A stretch of DNA of 64,000 bases from positions 448,001 through 512,000 of the forward strand of contig OZ242320.1 in NCBI GenBank assembly GCA_965208125.1. The letters are read 5' to 3'. This document shows positions 21,301 to 31,069 of this stretch, one piece after another. How positions within the stretch are numbered: position 1 is the stretch's first letter; each line of letters opens with the position of its first letter. The notes under the pieces are model-generated. The model did not search any database. It was not told where the DNA came from and saw only the letters and a program-made list of their open reading frames with translations. This stretch comes from Candidatus Latescibacterota bacterium. GTDB lineage: Bacteria > Latescibacterota > UBA2968. Position numbers and translations under genes: made by a program.

Positions 21301-21910
21301 TAAAGTCAACGTGGGTTTCAACGAATACATCGCCTCCTTCAATGAATTTATCCCGCTCGTCGGCCGCTCTACACTTGCCCTCCAGGTCTTTGGAGCCTAC
21401 AAAGACAGCTATGTCAAAGAAGTACAACAAGAAGGCGGCACATTCGAAGGCGTATTCTATTACCCCCTGCGCTATTATCTCGGTGGTCTGGGCACCTTGC
21501 GCGGCTATCCATATTTCACAATCGCAGGCGGCAAAGCCCTCTTTGGTCGCACCACGCTGACCCTGCCGATCTTTAAGCGCGTTGGCGCGGAACTGCCGCC
21601 TCTCTTTTTTGACAAAATTTACGCCTCGCTCTTCTTTGAATTTGGCGGCGTATCCAATGCCGCCAGCCTCGGCGATATTTTCGACGTAAATGAAGAAGTA
21701 CACAGTGGGCGATGGGACAAATTCAAAAACTCTTTCCTATTTGACTACGGCGCCGAAATCCGATTCCAGATATTTTCACATTACCGCTTACCCATGTTCG
21801 GCTATTTCATCGTCGCCCGTCCCACCAAACTCGAAGTCCCATCCCGCAACAACCCCGATATCATCGAAGAGGTCAGTGGGACGCGATTCTATTTTGGCCT
21901 GTCATTGTAA
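18335..21910 (+). CDS. exported protein: zincin-like peptidase domain, PD40/TolB-like propeller, C-terminal Omp85/BamA-like beta-barrel
   Basis: Signal peptide; HELAH...FAEGISQY; repeated P.(W/L)SPDG; LGGLGTLRGYP loop; terminal RFYFGLSL beta-signal-like strand. Confidence 0.75.
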   Translation: MKVLRTLTLLCLTGLISHTAQAQPPSLGPAKAIGVDLANTPLNRPSPDQKSYTYWKPETADGFFPSLLGLRTAGAQMIRTRYFNIYFSTAEKTARQIADFCDEVLSNLMRHYPTFVDRIAPIHVVVDDQADYLGNAFAVYSANYIHFWTNPIDWEIRGTSDWVRNVFVHELAHIVTLKAAYKGLPFQIGIVNASRANENPDFSFTLGLYHLAMNSGFAEGISQYEATEYGDDRWDTHRDMLLRMAALENDLLSLPSMGQLGGKGNFHGEMVYNQGFAMLNYIGERFSPTVVRQIFEHRPIINFNSSLKKATGVSAKQLYRDWKAHIVEQYGTVQSDIQEAGEREGELVVDRGSLDYHPVYSPQGDKLGFISNDDSDYFITELKVMDLATNKVTKISDRVDNRFVWTASGDSLMYIKAVGARWDIFTYDIKTKKETRVTVGLRGKDPTLSPDGKQIAFVTMRDGTANIGLVNTDGTDVRYLTHNNDATQYFGPKWSPDGKHLLFSVFRTGEDRDIAIIDVNATTWEKKKGRRSLEKKEVDTQLDSLQQAKADSLKAFPDSLAYANNANFKAIVHSTADERDPIWLPDGSGFIFSSDRTGIFNLYTHDMATGEQKQLTNVVGGAFLPTISPDAKDVIYAGYHAANYNLYRIPLSEAVAVDPPEGIARDYAEIYTGKSITDLHDIGRYSTRLISYGITPIALLGPTFIGNRFGLDQISAGVQWAWGDLLGSDVFVTTALIGKNFRRQQDFNSEFAFYYQNSLTPILSEQSTYVPRIFFGGSRQTINSIVDLGTVQTVRDTLSGTMITTNDEGQQVLIPNVTQHLDLTVTEEDDFKDVFSDFTVGAEMGVGRGHYFSLAYGYRKYSENLHAVQVLHDSSRVFQTNLSTGAVEDITDQLPGPGYASQETVLDDFLYKELDFFKSNEWMGGWSYITLKPATDLYINPSGGRALSFRYRRINATVIDTLARTPDVNEDFVPDPIGEDLSPAFFRGDKVNVGFNEYIASFNEFIPLVGRSTLALQVFGAYKDSYVKEVQQEGGTFEGVFYYPLRYYLGGLGTLRGYPYFTIAGGKALFGRTTLTLPIFKRVGAELPPLFFDKIYASLFFEFGGVSNAASLGDIFDVNEEVHSGRWDKFKNSFLFDYGAEIRFQIFSHYRLPMFGYFIVARPTKLEVPSRNNPDIIEEVSGTRFYFGLSL

Positions 21911-21927
21911 AGCCATTTCACGCAATC

Positions 21928-21964
21928 AAGTGCTCCGCTTATGTTATAAGCTGGAGCACTTTTT
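21928..21964 (+). terminator. intrinsic terminator
   Basis: aagtgctcc-gcttat-gtt-ataagc-t-ggagcactt hairpin followed by a T-run. Confidence 0.65.
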
Positions 21965-21979
21965 GCTGTTTTAACGCTT

Positions 21980-22846
21980 ATGTCTCCACTCATCTACGCG
22001 ATGCGTCCGAGCGAATGGGTCAAAAATGTCTTTGTATTGGCCGCCCTCGTTTTTACCAAACGCATTTTTGAACCCGATGATCTCCTGCAAGGCGGTCTGG
22101 CCTTTGTCTGTTTTTGCCTCATATCTGGCGCAGCATACCTTTTTAACGACATCCGAGACAGGGAAAACGACCGCCAGCATCCCCTGAAACGCCATCGCCC
22201 GATTGCCTCGGGTGCGTTGCGTATCTCCGTCGCTGCCACCGCCGCTATCCTCCTCTTCTCGATCGCCCTGACCGGGGGATTTTACGTGTATCCCCATTTT
22301 GGCATCGTCATCCTGATCTATGCGGTACTGAACATCGCCTATACGCTGTACCTCAAACACATCGTCATCCTTGATGTCATGATCATCGCCGCGGGATTTC
22401 TTCTGCGCGCCATCGGCGGTGCGGTGGCGATTCAGGTCGCCATTTCCTCCTGGTTCATCCTCTGCACCATGCTGCTGGCACTATTTCTCGGCTTTGCCAA
22501 GCGCCGGCATGAACTCGCCCTGCTCGAAGGAGATGCCAGCACCCACCGCCGCATCCTCGCAGAATATTCCCCACAATTTCTCGACCAGATAATCGCCATC
22601 GTCACAGCCGGTGCACTGGTATCCTACGCGCTTTACACCATGTCGCCCGAAGTCATTGAAAAACTCGGCACCAAATACCTCAACCTCACCATCCCCTTTG
22701 TGATCTACGGTATGCTACGCTACCTCTATCTCATCTACAAAAAAGACGGGGGCGGCAATCCCACCTCCACCGTATTGGGCGATTACCCTCTTCTAATCGT
22801 CTGCGCCCTGTGGTTGCTAACTCTATGTGTGGTGCTCTACATTTGA
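21980..22846 (+). CDS. UbiA-family decaprenyl-phosphate phosphoribosyltransferase-like protein
   Basis: RPSEWVKN, YLFNDIRDRENDRQHPLKRHRPIASG, KRRHE, multiple TM helices. Confidence 0.9.
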   Translation: MSPLIYAMRPSEWVKNVFVLAALVFTKRIFEPDDLLQGGLAFVCFCLISGAAYLFNDIRDRENDRQHPLKRHRPIASGALRISVAATAAILLFSIALTGGFYVYPHFGIVILIYAVLNIAYTLYLKHIVILDVMIIAAGFLLRAIGGAVAIQVAISSWFILCTMLLALFLGFAKRRHELALLEGDASTHRRILAEYSPQFLDQIIAIVTAGALVSYALYTMSPEVIEKLGTKYLNLTIPFVIYGMLRYLYLIYKKDGGGNPTSTVLGDYPLLIVCALWLLTLCVVLYI

Positions 22847-22860
22847 TGGCGCTTAAAAAG

Positions 22861-22932
22861 TCGGGAAAAGGATTTCCCTCCTACACAACTAAAGGACGCG
22901 GTTGGAGCGGCGTCCTTGCCGCGACCTCCTAC
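22861..22932. repeat. GTAG-type REP-like palindromes (degenerate pair)
   Basis: Minus strand TGTAGGAGGGAAATCCTTTTCCCGA (22861-22885); plus strand GTTGGAGCGGCGTCCTTGCCGCGA (22901-22924). Confidence 0.45.
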
Positions 22933-23020
22933 GCGACGATGTAACCGTTGTGAAAAAACTTAGTATTTTGTATTTTGAACTTCCTGACAGTTTCTAATTC
23001 CTCACACAAGGAGTTCCCGA

Positions 23021-24589
23021 ATGGCAGAGCGACCAAATATTTTGCTGATTATGAACGACGATATGGGCTATTCTGATATTGGATGTTACGGAGGTGAAAT
23101 CCACACGCCAAATTTAGATCAACTTGCTGCCAATGGGTTGCGACTCACCCAATTTTACAACACAGCGCGGTGCTGCCCTACGCGGGCGTCGTTGCTCACG
23201 GGATTGCACCCCCATCAAGCCAGTGTGGGACACATGATGGATGACCGGGAATACGAAGGGTACCGGGGTGATCTGAATTTTAAAAGCGTAACCATTGCCG
23301 AAGTACTCAAAACAGTGGGATATGCGACCTATATGAGCGGCAAATGGCATATCACGCGGCATACAGATGCGGACGGTCCTAAACACAGTTGGCCCTGTCA
23401 GCGCGGATTTGATCGCTTTTTTGGCATCATTACCGGTGCCGCCAATTATTGGAAGCCACAAACACTCACGCGAGACAACGAGCAAATTACAGTGGATGAA
23501 TTTCCAGAGGATTTCTTTTTAACCGATGCCATCAGCGATCAGGCGGCAGATTATATCCGCGAACACGCACAGGCAAACGGAGATCAGCCATTCTTTTTAT
23601 ACACCGCATATACCGCACCCCATTGGCCCCTGCACGCGCACGATGAAGATATTGCAAAATACAAAGATCGTTTTGCCGCGGGATGGGATCAACTGCGCGA
23701 AGAGCGTTTGGCGCGCATGCGCGAAATGGGCATCTTAAAACCCGAATGGGGGTTGAGCGACCGCGACCCCTCTCAAGTGCCCTGGGAAGAAGCCGACCAC
23801 AAGGCATGGCAGCAACGGCGCATGGAAGTTTATGCCGCCCAGGTTGACCGCATGGATCAGGGCATTGGACGCATCGTCCAATCCCTCGAAGAGACCGGAC
23901 AACTGGACAATACCCTGATCGTATTTCTGGCCGACAATGGGGGGTGTGCCGAAGAACTGGGAGGTGGCATGCGACGCAGTGCCATTGCGCCGGCCACCAC
24001 GCGCAATGGTCGCTCAGTCCAACGCGGCAACGATCCAGACATAATGCCAGGAGATGAAACCACGTACCAGAGCTACGGCGTACCCTGGGCTAACGTATCC
24101 AACACGCCATTTCGCCTGTACAAACACTGGGTTCACGAAGGCGGCATTGCAACCCCCTTTATAGTACACTGGCCCGCTCGCGTAACAGACGGCGGCGCAT
24201 TGCGCGAGCAACCCGGCCAGCTTACCGATGTCATGGCAACCTGCCTCGACATAGCGGGCACCGAATATCCCGAAACTTATAATGGACACGAGATTTTACC
24301 ACTCGAAGGCACCTCGCTAACGCCGATCTTTGACAATCGGGACAACGGCAAAGAATATCTGATCTGGGAACACGAAGGCAATGGCGCAGTTCGCAAAGGC
24401 AAGTGGAAACTGGTCAAGCGTTACCCGGGCGATTGGGAGCTATACGATATTGAAGCCGACAGATCGGAACTCGACGATCTGGCAAATGAAAATCCCGATG
24501 TAGTAGCCGAACTCGCGGCAATTTACGACGCATGGGCAGAGCGGTGCGGGATAGAACCCTGGGATAATATCCTCGCAAAGCGCGGGTAA
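23021..24589 (+). CDS. arylsulfatase (Cys-type formylglycine sulfatase)
   Basis: DDMGYSD, CCPTRASLLTG, GKWH, APHWPLHA, DNG. Confidence 0.95.
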   Translation: MAERPNILLIMNDDMGYSDIGCYGGEIHTPNLDQLAANGLRLTQFYNTARCCPTRASLLTGLHPHQASVGHMMDDREYEGYRGDLNFKSVTIAEVLKTVGYATYMSGKWHITRHTDADGPKHSWPCQRGFDRFFGIITGAANYWKPQTLTRDNEQITVDEFPEDFFLTDAISDQAADYIREHAQANGDQPFFLYTAYTAPHWPLHAHDEDIAKYKDRFAAGWDQLREERLARMREMGILKPEWGLSDRDPSQVPWEEADHKAWQQRRMEVYAAQVDRMDQGIGRIVQSLEETGQLDNTLIVFLADNGGCAEELGGGMRRSAIAPATTRNGRSVQRGNDPDIMPGDETTYQSYGVPWANVSNTPFRLYKHWVHEGGIATPFIVHWPARVTDGGALREQPGQLTDVMATCLDIAGTEYPETYNGHEILPLEGTSLTPIFDNRDNGKEYLIWEHEGNGAVRKGKWKLVKRYPGDWELYDIEADRSELDDLANENPDVVAELAAIYDAWAERCGIEPWDNILAKRG

Positions 24590-24606
24590 GAAAAAAGGAA
24601 AACACC

Positions 24607-25362
24607 ATGACACCAACAGATATCACAGATGAAATGCTGGCAATATACCGGCGCGATGGCGTCATAAAAATCCCGCAGATCATCTCACCGGATGAAGTGG
24701 CAAAATTTCGTCAGGCATCACTGGATATACTGGAAGCAATGCCAAAAGATCCAAACCGTCCATTTAACCAAAAAGTGAATGTATGGCGAGATGACGAAGT
24801 ATTGCGAAATTTGACACAACACCCGAATGTCGGCGCAGTCGCAGAAAAAATTGCGGGTGTGCGATTGCGAATCTGGCACGATCACATTCTGGCAAAAATG
24901 CCAGAACTCGAAGTACCAACGGCATTCCATCAAGACCTGGTGAAATGGCCTTATGATCGCAATTCCAATGCTCTATCGGCGTGGATCGCGCTACAGGATA
25001 CCCCCGTAGAAATGGGATGCATGTCATTTGTGCAGGGATCGCACGAAATGAAAGACGTACCGGACATGGCGACAAATAACCAGGAAGGGTGGCGGGAATT
25101 CGCACCGGAAATCGCGTGGCGTACCCGGGTAACGCACCCGCTTCAGGCGGGAGATTGTACATTTCATCACGGAATGACATTTCACACCGCGGGACCGAAT
25201 CAAACCGATGATTGGCGGGTGGGATACGTGATAATTTTCGTCGATGCAGCAGCAAAATACACCGGCAAAAAACATGTGGTCACAGATCCCCTGAGACTGG
25301 CACCCGATACATTGCCGCCAGATGATCATTTTCCACCCGTAGTGAAATTTTATGGAGATTAA
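24607..25362 (+). CDS. phytanoyl-CoA dioxygenase (PhyH) family 2OG-Fe(II) enzyme
   Basis: FHQD, WIALQD...GCM.FV.GSH, HHGMTFH, N.T...R. Confidence 0.9.
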   Translation: MTPTDITDEMLAIYRRDGVIKIPQIISPDEVAKFRQASLDILEAMPKDPNRPFNQKVNVWRDDEVLRNLTQHPNVGAVAEKIAGVRLRIWHDHILAKMPELEVPTAFHQDLVKWPYDRNSNALSAWIALQDTPVEMGCMSFVQGSHEMKDVPDMATNNQEGWREFAPEIAWRTRVTHPLQAGDCTFHHGMTFHTAGPNQTDDWRVGYVIIFVDAAAKYTGKKHVVTDPLRLAPDTLPPDDHFPPVVKFYGD

Positions 25363-25365
25363 AAA

Positions 25366-26790
25366 ATGAGCACCCCCAACATAATTTTAATGATGTGCGA
25401 CGACCTGGGATATGGCGATGTGGGATTTAACGGAAATGAGATAATCAAAACCCCGAATTTGGACCGGCTGGCGAGCAATGGAATCCGGTTCACGCGATTT
25501 TATGCGGGGGGACCTGTATGTTCCCCAACGCGGGGAACGTGTTTAACCGGGCGGCATTATTTTCGATATGGCGTAACACATGCTAATCGCGGACACTTGC
25601 CCACACAGGAAATAACACTGGCGCGAATGTCGAAATCCTTCGGCTATGCGACCGGACACTTTGGCAAATGGCATCTGGGAACGCTGGACCCGAATTATTC
25701 GGGCAAATCCAATCGCAATCCAGCGCGCAATTACGCCCCACCCTGGGAGCGAGATTACGATGCGTCTTTTGCCACAGAGTATGCAGTTCCCACCTGGGAT
25801 CCAACAATAGATATTAACAACAGAACCGGAAAGCGTCTGGATCGCCCCTGGGCCTCGCCATATTACGAAAATGGAAAACTGGCAACGGAAAATCTGGAAG
25901 GATGCGACTCCCGGGTCTTGATGGATCGCGCAATTCCATTTATCGAACAAGCTGTTGAAAATGGCGAGCAGTTCTTTACGACAATCTGGTTTCACGCGCC
26001 CCATAGCCCGGTCGTTGCCGGACCGGAATATCGCGCAATGTACGCCGAATACAGCGAAGATGAACAGCACTATTACGGCTGCATTACCGCCATAGACGAT
26101 CAGGTGGGGCGGTTATATCACGCATTGGAAGCATGGGGCGTAGCCGACAACACCATGATCTGGTTCTGTTCGGACAACGGTCCCGAAGGCCGCACGGGTC
26201 AAAGTGGTCGCCACCGGGGATCAACAGGCGGCTTGCGCGGGCGCAAACGGTCTCTATTTGACGGCGGCGTAGGCGTACCCGCGCTATTGCATTGGCCGGG
26301 TCATGCAGAACCCGGACGCGTGGTAGAAATGCCGTGCAGCACACTGGATTACTTCCCCACAATCGCCGAAGTCATGGGATATGAAATGCCCGACAATCGC
26401 CCCATTGACGGCATCAGTCTGATACCGACAATTGAAGGAAATATGACAGAACGCCCCACTCCCATTCCGTATCGGTTCAACAGTCCTAAAAACGCAATGT
26501 TTGGCGCCCCGACCATCTCAATGATCGACAACCGATATAAATGCCTGACCAATTTATCGAGCGACGGCAGTGAAGATCTGTGTTTTGACATGATTGAAGA
26601 CCGCGTAGAAACGACCAATTTGGCGAACGAGCAACGCGAGCGAATGGGGCAAACCCGAGAGACACTGCGCCAATGGCTCCGCTCATGCGAAGCCAGCCAC
26701 AACGGTGGCGATTACGACGAAGCTTATGAACCCGTCGCGCCATTTGAAGAAATCACCGGAGATTGGCCTGGAAGAAGAAATAGAAATTAG
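25366..26790 (+). CDS. sulfatase (Cys-type)
   Basis: DDLGYGD, CSPTR, GKWHLG, HAPH, SDNG. Confidence 0.95.
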   Translation: MSTPNIILMMCDDLGYGDVGFNGNEIIKTPNLDRLASNGIRFTRFYAGGPVCSPTRGTCLTGRHYFRYGVTHANRGHLPTQEITLARMSKSFGYATGHFGKWHLGTLDPNYSGKSNRNPARNYAPPWERDYDASFATEYAVPTWDPTIDINNRTGKRLDRPWASPYYENGKLATENLEGCDSRVLMDRAIPFIEQAVENGEQFFTTIWFHAPHSPVVAGPEYRAMYAEYSEDEQHYYGCITAIDDQVGRLYHALEAWGVADNTMIWFCSDNGPEGRTGQSGRHRGSTGGLRGRKRSLFDGGVGVPALLHWPGHAEPGRVVEMPCSTLDYFPTIAEVMGYEMPDNRPIDGISLIPTIEGNMTERPTPIPYRFNSPKNAMFGAPTISMIDNRYKCLTNLSSDGSEDLCFDMIEDRVETTNLANEQRERMGQTRETLRQWLRSCEASHNGGDYDEAYEPVAPFEEITGDWPGRRNRN

Positions 26791-26799
26791 AGGTACCGA

Positions 26800-28038
26800 A
26801 TGGCAACTCGATTTGGCGATGAACGCGATTGGTTTTTGGAAAAGCGATTTGGGATGTTCGTCCACTGGGGAATTTACGCAATCCCCGGATGGCACGAACA
26901 GCACCAGTGGCGCGGACGCATGCCCGCAAATGAATACGTGAAATTAGCCGAGCAGTGGAATCCCACAAACTTCAATCCCGACGCATGGTTAGATCTCGCA
27001 GAAGAAGCCGGGATGCAATACATCATCGTCACAACCAAACACCACGATGGATTCTGCTTGTGGGACACATCACATACGGCATTCAACACAATAAATACGC
27101 CGTACGGAAAAGACCTGATGGCAATGCTCGCCGATACGTGTCACAAACGCAACTTCCCCCTGGGCTTCTATTATTCAATTGCCGACTGGCACCACCCCAA
27201 TTACCCCAATCAGGGACGACATCACGAATTGCCCCAACCCAAGCCTGGAGATGATCCCGACTTGGTGAAATACCTCGAATTTCTGAAGGCGCAGGTGTGG
27301 GAATTGTGTACCCATTACGGAAAACTACACGCATTCTGGTGGGATATGAATGTAGATGAACACTTCGACCCATCCATCAACGCGATGATTCGGTCGCTAC
27401 AACCCGCGGCAGTAATCAACAACCGGGGATTTGACCCCGGTGATTTTGGCACGCCCGAGCGCGATTACGAGCAAGGCATAGATACCCAGCAGTCATTTGA
27501 TCGACTGACCGAAGCGTGTCAATCCGTGGGAATCGAAAGCTGGGGCTATCGGGTAGATGAGGATTATTATACGGATCGCCATTTGATACGGAGCATTGAT
27601 CGGTATCTCGCGCGCGACGCAAACTACTTACTCAACGTAGGCCCCAAGCCCGACGGAACGATTCCAGACGCATCCAAACGCATCTTGAAACGCATAGGAA
27701 AATGGTATCGTGCAGTAGAAGAAGCGGTCAAAGACGTAGAACCCGCGTCGCACCTGACGCGCAATCGCGATATACTATTGACGCGCCGGAACAATGTGAT
27801 CTACGTACACCTCATAAACGACCCGCGCACAAGCGGCGTAAAACTCGATCCCATTGCCGTTGCACCAGAGAAAGCAACTTTATTAAACACAGGTGGAACC
27901 GTAGATTTCACAGTGGATCTGGTACCGACCAATCACATAGAACACAAACCCTATTTGCGATTGCAAAACCTGCCAGTAAACGAACTGACCAACACCGTAA
28001 TAGTAGTAAAACTCGAATTTGACGAAACACCTGAATAA
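26800..28038 (+). CDS. alpha-L-fucosidase (GH29)
   Basis: FGMFVHWGIY, TTKHHDGFCLW, WWD nucleophile, LLNVGP. Confidence 0.93.
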   Translation: MATRFGDERDWFLEKRFGMFVHWGIYAIPGWHEQHQWRGRMPANEYVKLAEQWNPTNFNPDAWLDLAEEAGMQYIIVTTKHHDGFCLWDTSHTAFNTINTPYGKDLMAMLADTCHKRNFPLGFYYSIADWHHPNYPNQGRHHELPQPKPGDDPDLVKYLEFLKAQVWELCTHYGKLHAFWWDMNVDEHFDPSINAMIRSLQPAAVINNRGFDPGDFGTPERDYEQGIDTQQSFDRLTEACQSVGIESWGYRVDEDYYTDRHLIRSIDRYLARDANYLLNVGPKPDGTIPDASKRILKRIGKWYRAVEEAVKDVEPASHLTRNRDILLTRRNNVIYVHLINDPRTSGVKLDPIAVAPEKATLLNTGGTVDFTVDLVPTNHIEHKPYLRLQNLPVNELTNTVIVVKLEFDETPE

Positions 28039-28056
28039 AGATAGCTGGAGAAAATC

Positions 28057-28779
28057 ATGTTTGGAGAAATCCGAAATAAAAACGGTGAAAAACTGGATTA
28101 TGCTTTTCACAGTGGAAATCCCGAAAGCAAACACATCATCGTCCTGGGCCATGGCGTAACTGGCAACAAAGACAGGCCATTTCTGGTCGCGCTGGCACAT
28201 GCACTGGAAGCCGAGAGAATCAACGTCCTGCGTATCTCTTTTGCTGGCAATGGAGACTCAGAAGGTCGGTTTGAAGATGCGACCATAACAAAAGAAGTAG
28301 ATGACCTGGGTTCAGTCCTGGATGCCCTAAATGGACATACAATCTGTTATGCCGGACACAGCATGGGAGGTGCCGTAGGCGTATTGCGGGCGAGCACAGA
28401 TGCGCGCATTCAACAACTCATCTCGTTGGCGGGCATGGTAGATACAAAGGGATTTGCACAGCGCGAATTTGGAGATGTTACCCCCGATGAAGGCAACATG
28501 TGGGATGACCCGGATTGCCCGCTATCCAGCGCATATATGGACGACCTGACAGCGATTGACACCGTCGTAGATCGCGCATCTCAAATCTCGATCCCGTGGT
28601 TGCTCGTACACGGCACAGAAGACGATGTAGTGCCCATTGAAGACTCCCAGACAATATTCGAGCAAGCCAACGAACCAAAAGAACTGATCGTGCTAAACGG
28701 TGCAGATCACGTATTCAGCGATGACGCAACACCCGCCATGATACAGGCCGTTATAGATTGGATTGCAAAACAGGAGTAA
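28057..28779 (+). CDS. alpha/beta hydrolase
   Basis: GHG, GHSMGG, HGTEDDVV, GADH catalytic triad. Confidence 0.92.
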   Translation: MFGEIRNKNGEKLDYAFHSGNPESKHIIVLGHGVTGNKDRPFLVALAHALEAERINVLRISFAGNGDSEGRFEDATITKEVDDLGSVLDALNGHTICYAGHSMGGAVGVLRASTDARIQQLISLAGMVDTKGFAQREFGDVTPDEGNMWDDPDCPLSSAYMDDLTAIDTVVDRASQISIPWLLVHGTEDDVVPIEDSQTIFEQANEPKELIVLNGADHVFSDDATPAMIQAVIDWIAKQE

Positions 28780-28781
28780 TA

Positions 28782-29819
28782 ATGTCTTCTAAAACATACC
28801 GAGCCGCGGTAATCGGCCTGGGAATGATCGGTGGAGCAGATCAAGTCTCAGGAGATGTATTGGGTCAGCGCGTGGACAGTATGGACGGCACGCATACTTT
28901 TGCGTATCAAAACCATCCGAGCATCGATCTCGTGGCCGGTGCAAGCCGCGACCAGGGGCGACGCGAGCGCTTTGAAGCGCGCACGGGTGCTATAACTTAT
29001 GAAAGCTGGCGTGAAATGATCGCCAACGAAACACTCGATATCGTCAGCATAGCGACCTACACCCCTACCCACGCGGAAATTGCCATAGCCTGTGCCGAAT
29101 ACGGCATACCCGTCATCTACTGCGAAAAACCCGCGGCAACCACGGTGGTAGATGCCCAGCGCATGCTCGAAGCGCAAAAAGGCGGATTACTGGTTTTCAA
29201 CCATCAGCGCAGATTTGATCCCAATTACCGCCGACTCAGCGCGCTAATTGCCGAAGGAAAACTGGGCACGCTTATTTCCGCTACTCTCCAATGGCCGACG
29301 GGGCGATTGGGCAATGTGGGGACCCATGCAATCGACGCCCTCTTAATGCTCACCGGGCATCGCGTCCAATCAGTCTCCGCAACGCTTGATCTGGCTGGAA
29401 AGCCAGATTGTCGCGGCGATGAATTTCGCGATCCCGGAGGATGGGGCGTCATGCGTATGAACGATGGACTAATGGTTACAGTGAGCGCACCCGATTATTC
29501 CACCGCACCGCCGCGCACGGAAATTAACGGACATAAGGGACGAGTAATTATTGAGGCAAAAGGCATCACACTTGAATACTGGACTGGGGAAACAGAACAG
29601 TGGCCGCCCCATAAGGATAGCGATTCGGGAATGGACCGCGCCGTATCGGAAATCGTCGCCTATCTGGATGATCGCGTCCCCTTTTCTTATAACCCCGAAG
29701 AAGCCGTTCATACACTCGAAGCCATTGTCGCCTTCCATGCTTCTCATAACAAAAACGCAGCCTATGTTGATCTTCCCTTATCGGGCAGCGACCGCGAGAT
29801 AGTTGTGTTAAGTGGATGA
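28782..29819 (+). CDS. Gfo/Idh/MocA oxidoreductase
   Basis: IGLGMIG, CEKP, GTHAID; ATG 28782 after AGGAG. Confidence 0.9.
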   Translation: MSSKTYRAAVIGLGMIGGADQVSGDVLGQRVDSMDGTHTFAYQNHPSIDLVAGASRDQGRRERFEARTGAITYESWREMIANETLDIVSIATYTPTHAEIAIACAEYGIPVIYCEKPAATTVVDAQRMLEAQKGGLLVFNHQRRFDPNYRRLSALIAEGKLGTLISATLQWPTGRLGNVGTHAIDALLMLTGHRVQSVSATLDLAGKPDCRGDEFRDPGGWGVMRMNDGLMVTVSAPDYSTAPPRTEINGHKGRVIIEAKGITLEYWTGETEQWPPHKDSDSGMDRAVSEIVAYLDDRVPFSYNPEEAVHTLEAIVAFHASHNKNAAYVDLPLSGSDREIVVLSG

Positions 29820-29828
29820 AAGGAATCT

Positions 29829-31010
29829 ATGCCGACCATTGGAACACCGCTTTCACCAACCGCAAATAGAGTGCTCATGTGTGGCTCTGGCGAATTGGGA
29901 AAAGAAGTTGTCATTGAACTCCAGCGCTATGGCGTTGAAGTAATCGCCGTAGATCGCTATGCCAATGCGCCCGCGATGCAAGTAGCGCATCGGTCGCATG
30001 TCATTACCATGCTGGATGGAGTTGCCCTGCGCGAAGTCATAGAAAAAGAACAGCCCGACTTAATTGTGCCCGAAATTGAAGCAATCGCCACAGACACACT
30101 CGTCGAATTGGAAAGCGAAGGATTCACAGTAATCCCAACAGCCAGAGCGGCCCGACTGACAATGAACCGCGAGGGCATTCGCAGATTAGCTGCCGAAGAA
30201 CTGGGCCTAAAGACCTCGCCTTACCGATTTGCGTCGAATTTAGAAGAATACCGCGCAGCAGTTCGTGAAATCGGCGTACCGTGTGTCATAAAACCAACCA
30301 TGAGTTCATCGGGCAAAGGACAAAGCACCGTAAAAAACATGGCAGACGCCGAAAAATCGTGGACCTATGCACAGGAAGGTGCGCGTGGAGGCGCAGATGC
30401 GGTCATCGTGGAGGGCTTTGTGGATTTTGACTATGAAATTACGCTATTGACCCTGCGCTATGAAGGAGGCACGAGTTTTTGCGCGCCAATAGGACATCGA
30501 CAGGTAGATGGCGACTATCGCGAATCGTGGCAGCCACAGCCAATGAGCGAGGCCGCACTTGAAGGCGCACAACGAATTGGCAAAGCAATTACCGACGCAC
30601 TGGGCGGCCGAGGGATATTTGGCGTAGAGCTATTTGTAAAAGGCGACGACATCTACTTCAGCGAAGTATCACCCCGCCCACATGACACGGGCATGGTAAC
30701 CATGATCTCGCAAGACCTCTCTGAATTTGCCCTGCATGCGCGGGCAATCCTGGGATTACCAGTACCAAACATCAAACACCACGGCCCATCTGCTTCGCAT
30801 GTAATCCTGGTAGAAGGACATTCGCAACAGGTGCAATTCGGCAACCTGAGCGCAGCACTCGCCGAACCCGACACAGAAATCCGCTTATTTGGCAAACCCG
30901 AAGTACAGGGAGAACGGCGAATGGGAGTCGTACTTGCAAGGGGCGCAACACTGCAAGAAGCGCGCGAAAAGGCGAAAGCGGGAGCAAAGGCGGTCAGTAT
31001 CTCGCTCTGA
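29829..31010 (+). CDS. purT: formate-dependent phosphoribosylglycinamide formyltransferase
   Basis: [46 protein letters not shown]. Confidence 0.97.
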   Translation: MPTIGTPLSPTANRVLMCGSGELGKEVVIELQRYGVEVIAVDRYANAPAMQVAHRSHVITMLDGVALREVIEKEQPDLIVPEIEAIATDTLVELESEGFTVIPTARAARLTMNREGIRRLAAEELGLKTSPYRFASNLEEYRAAVREIGVPCVIKPTMSSSGKGQSTVKNMADAEKSWTYAQEGARGGADAVIVEGFVDFDYEITLLTLRYEGGTSFCAPIGHRQVDGDYRESWQPQPMSEAALEGAQRIGKAITDALGGRGIFGVELFVKGDDIYFSEVSPRPHDTGMVTMISQDLSEFALHARAILGLPVPNIKHHGPSASHVILVEGHSQQVQFGNLSAALAEPDTEIRLFGKPEVQGERRMGVVLARGATLQEAREKAKAGAKAVSISL

Positions 31011-31069
31011 GAGACTCTTCTGGTTTGTAATGTATAAAACTGTCGTGCTTATTGCGCGGCAGTTTTTAT

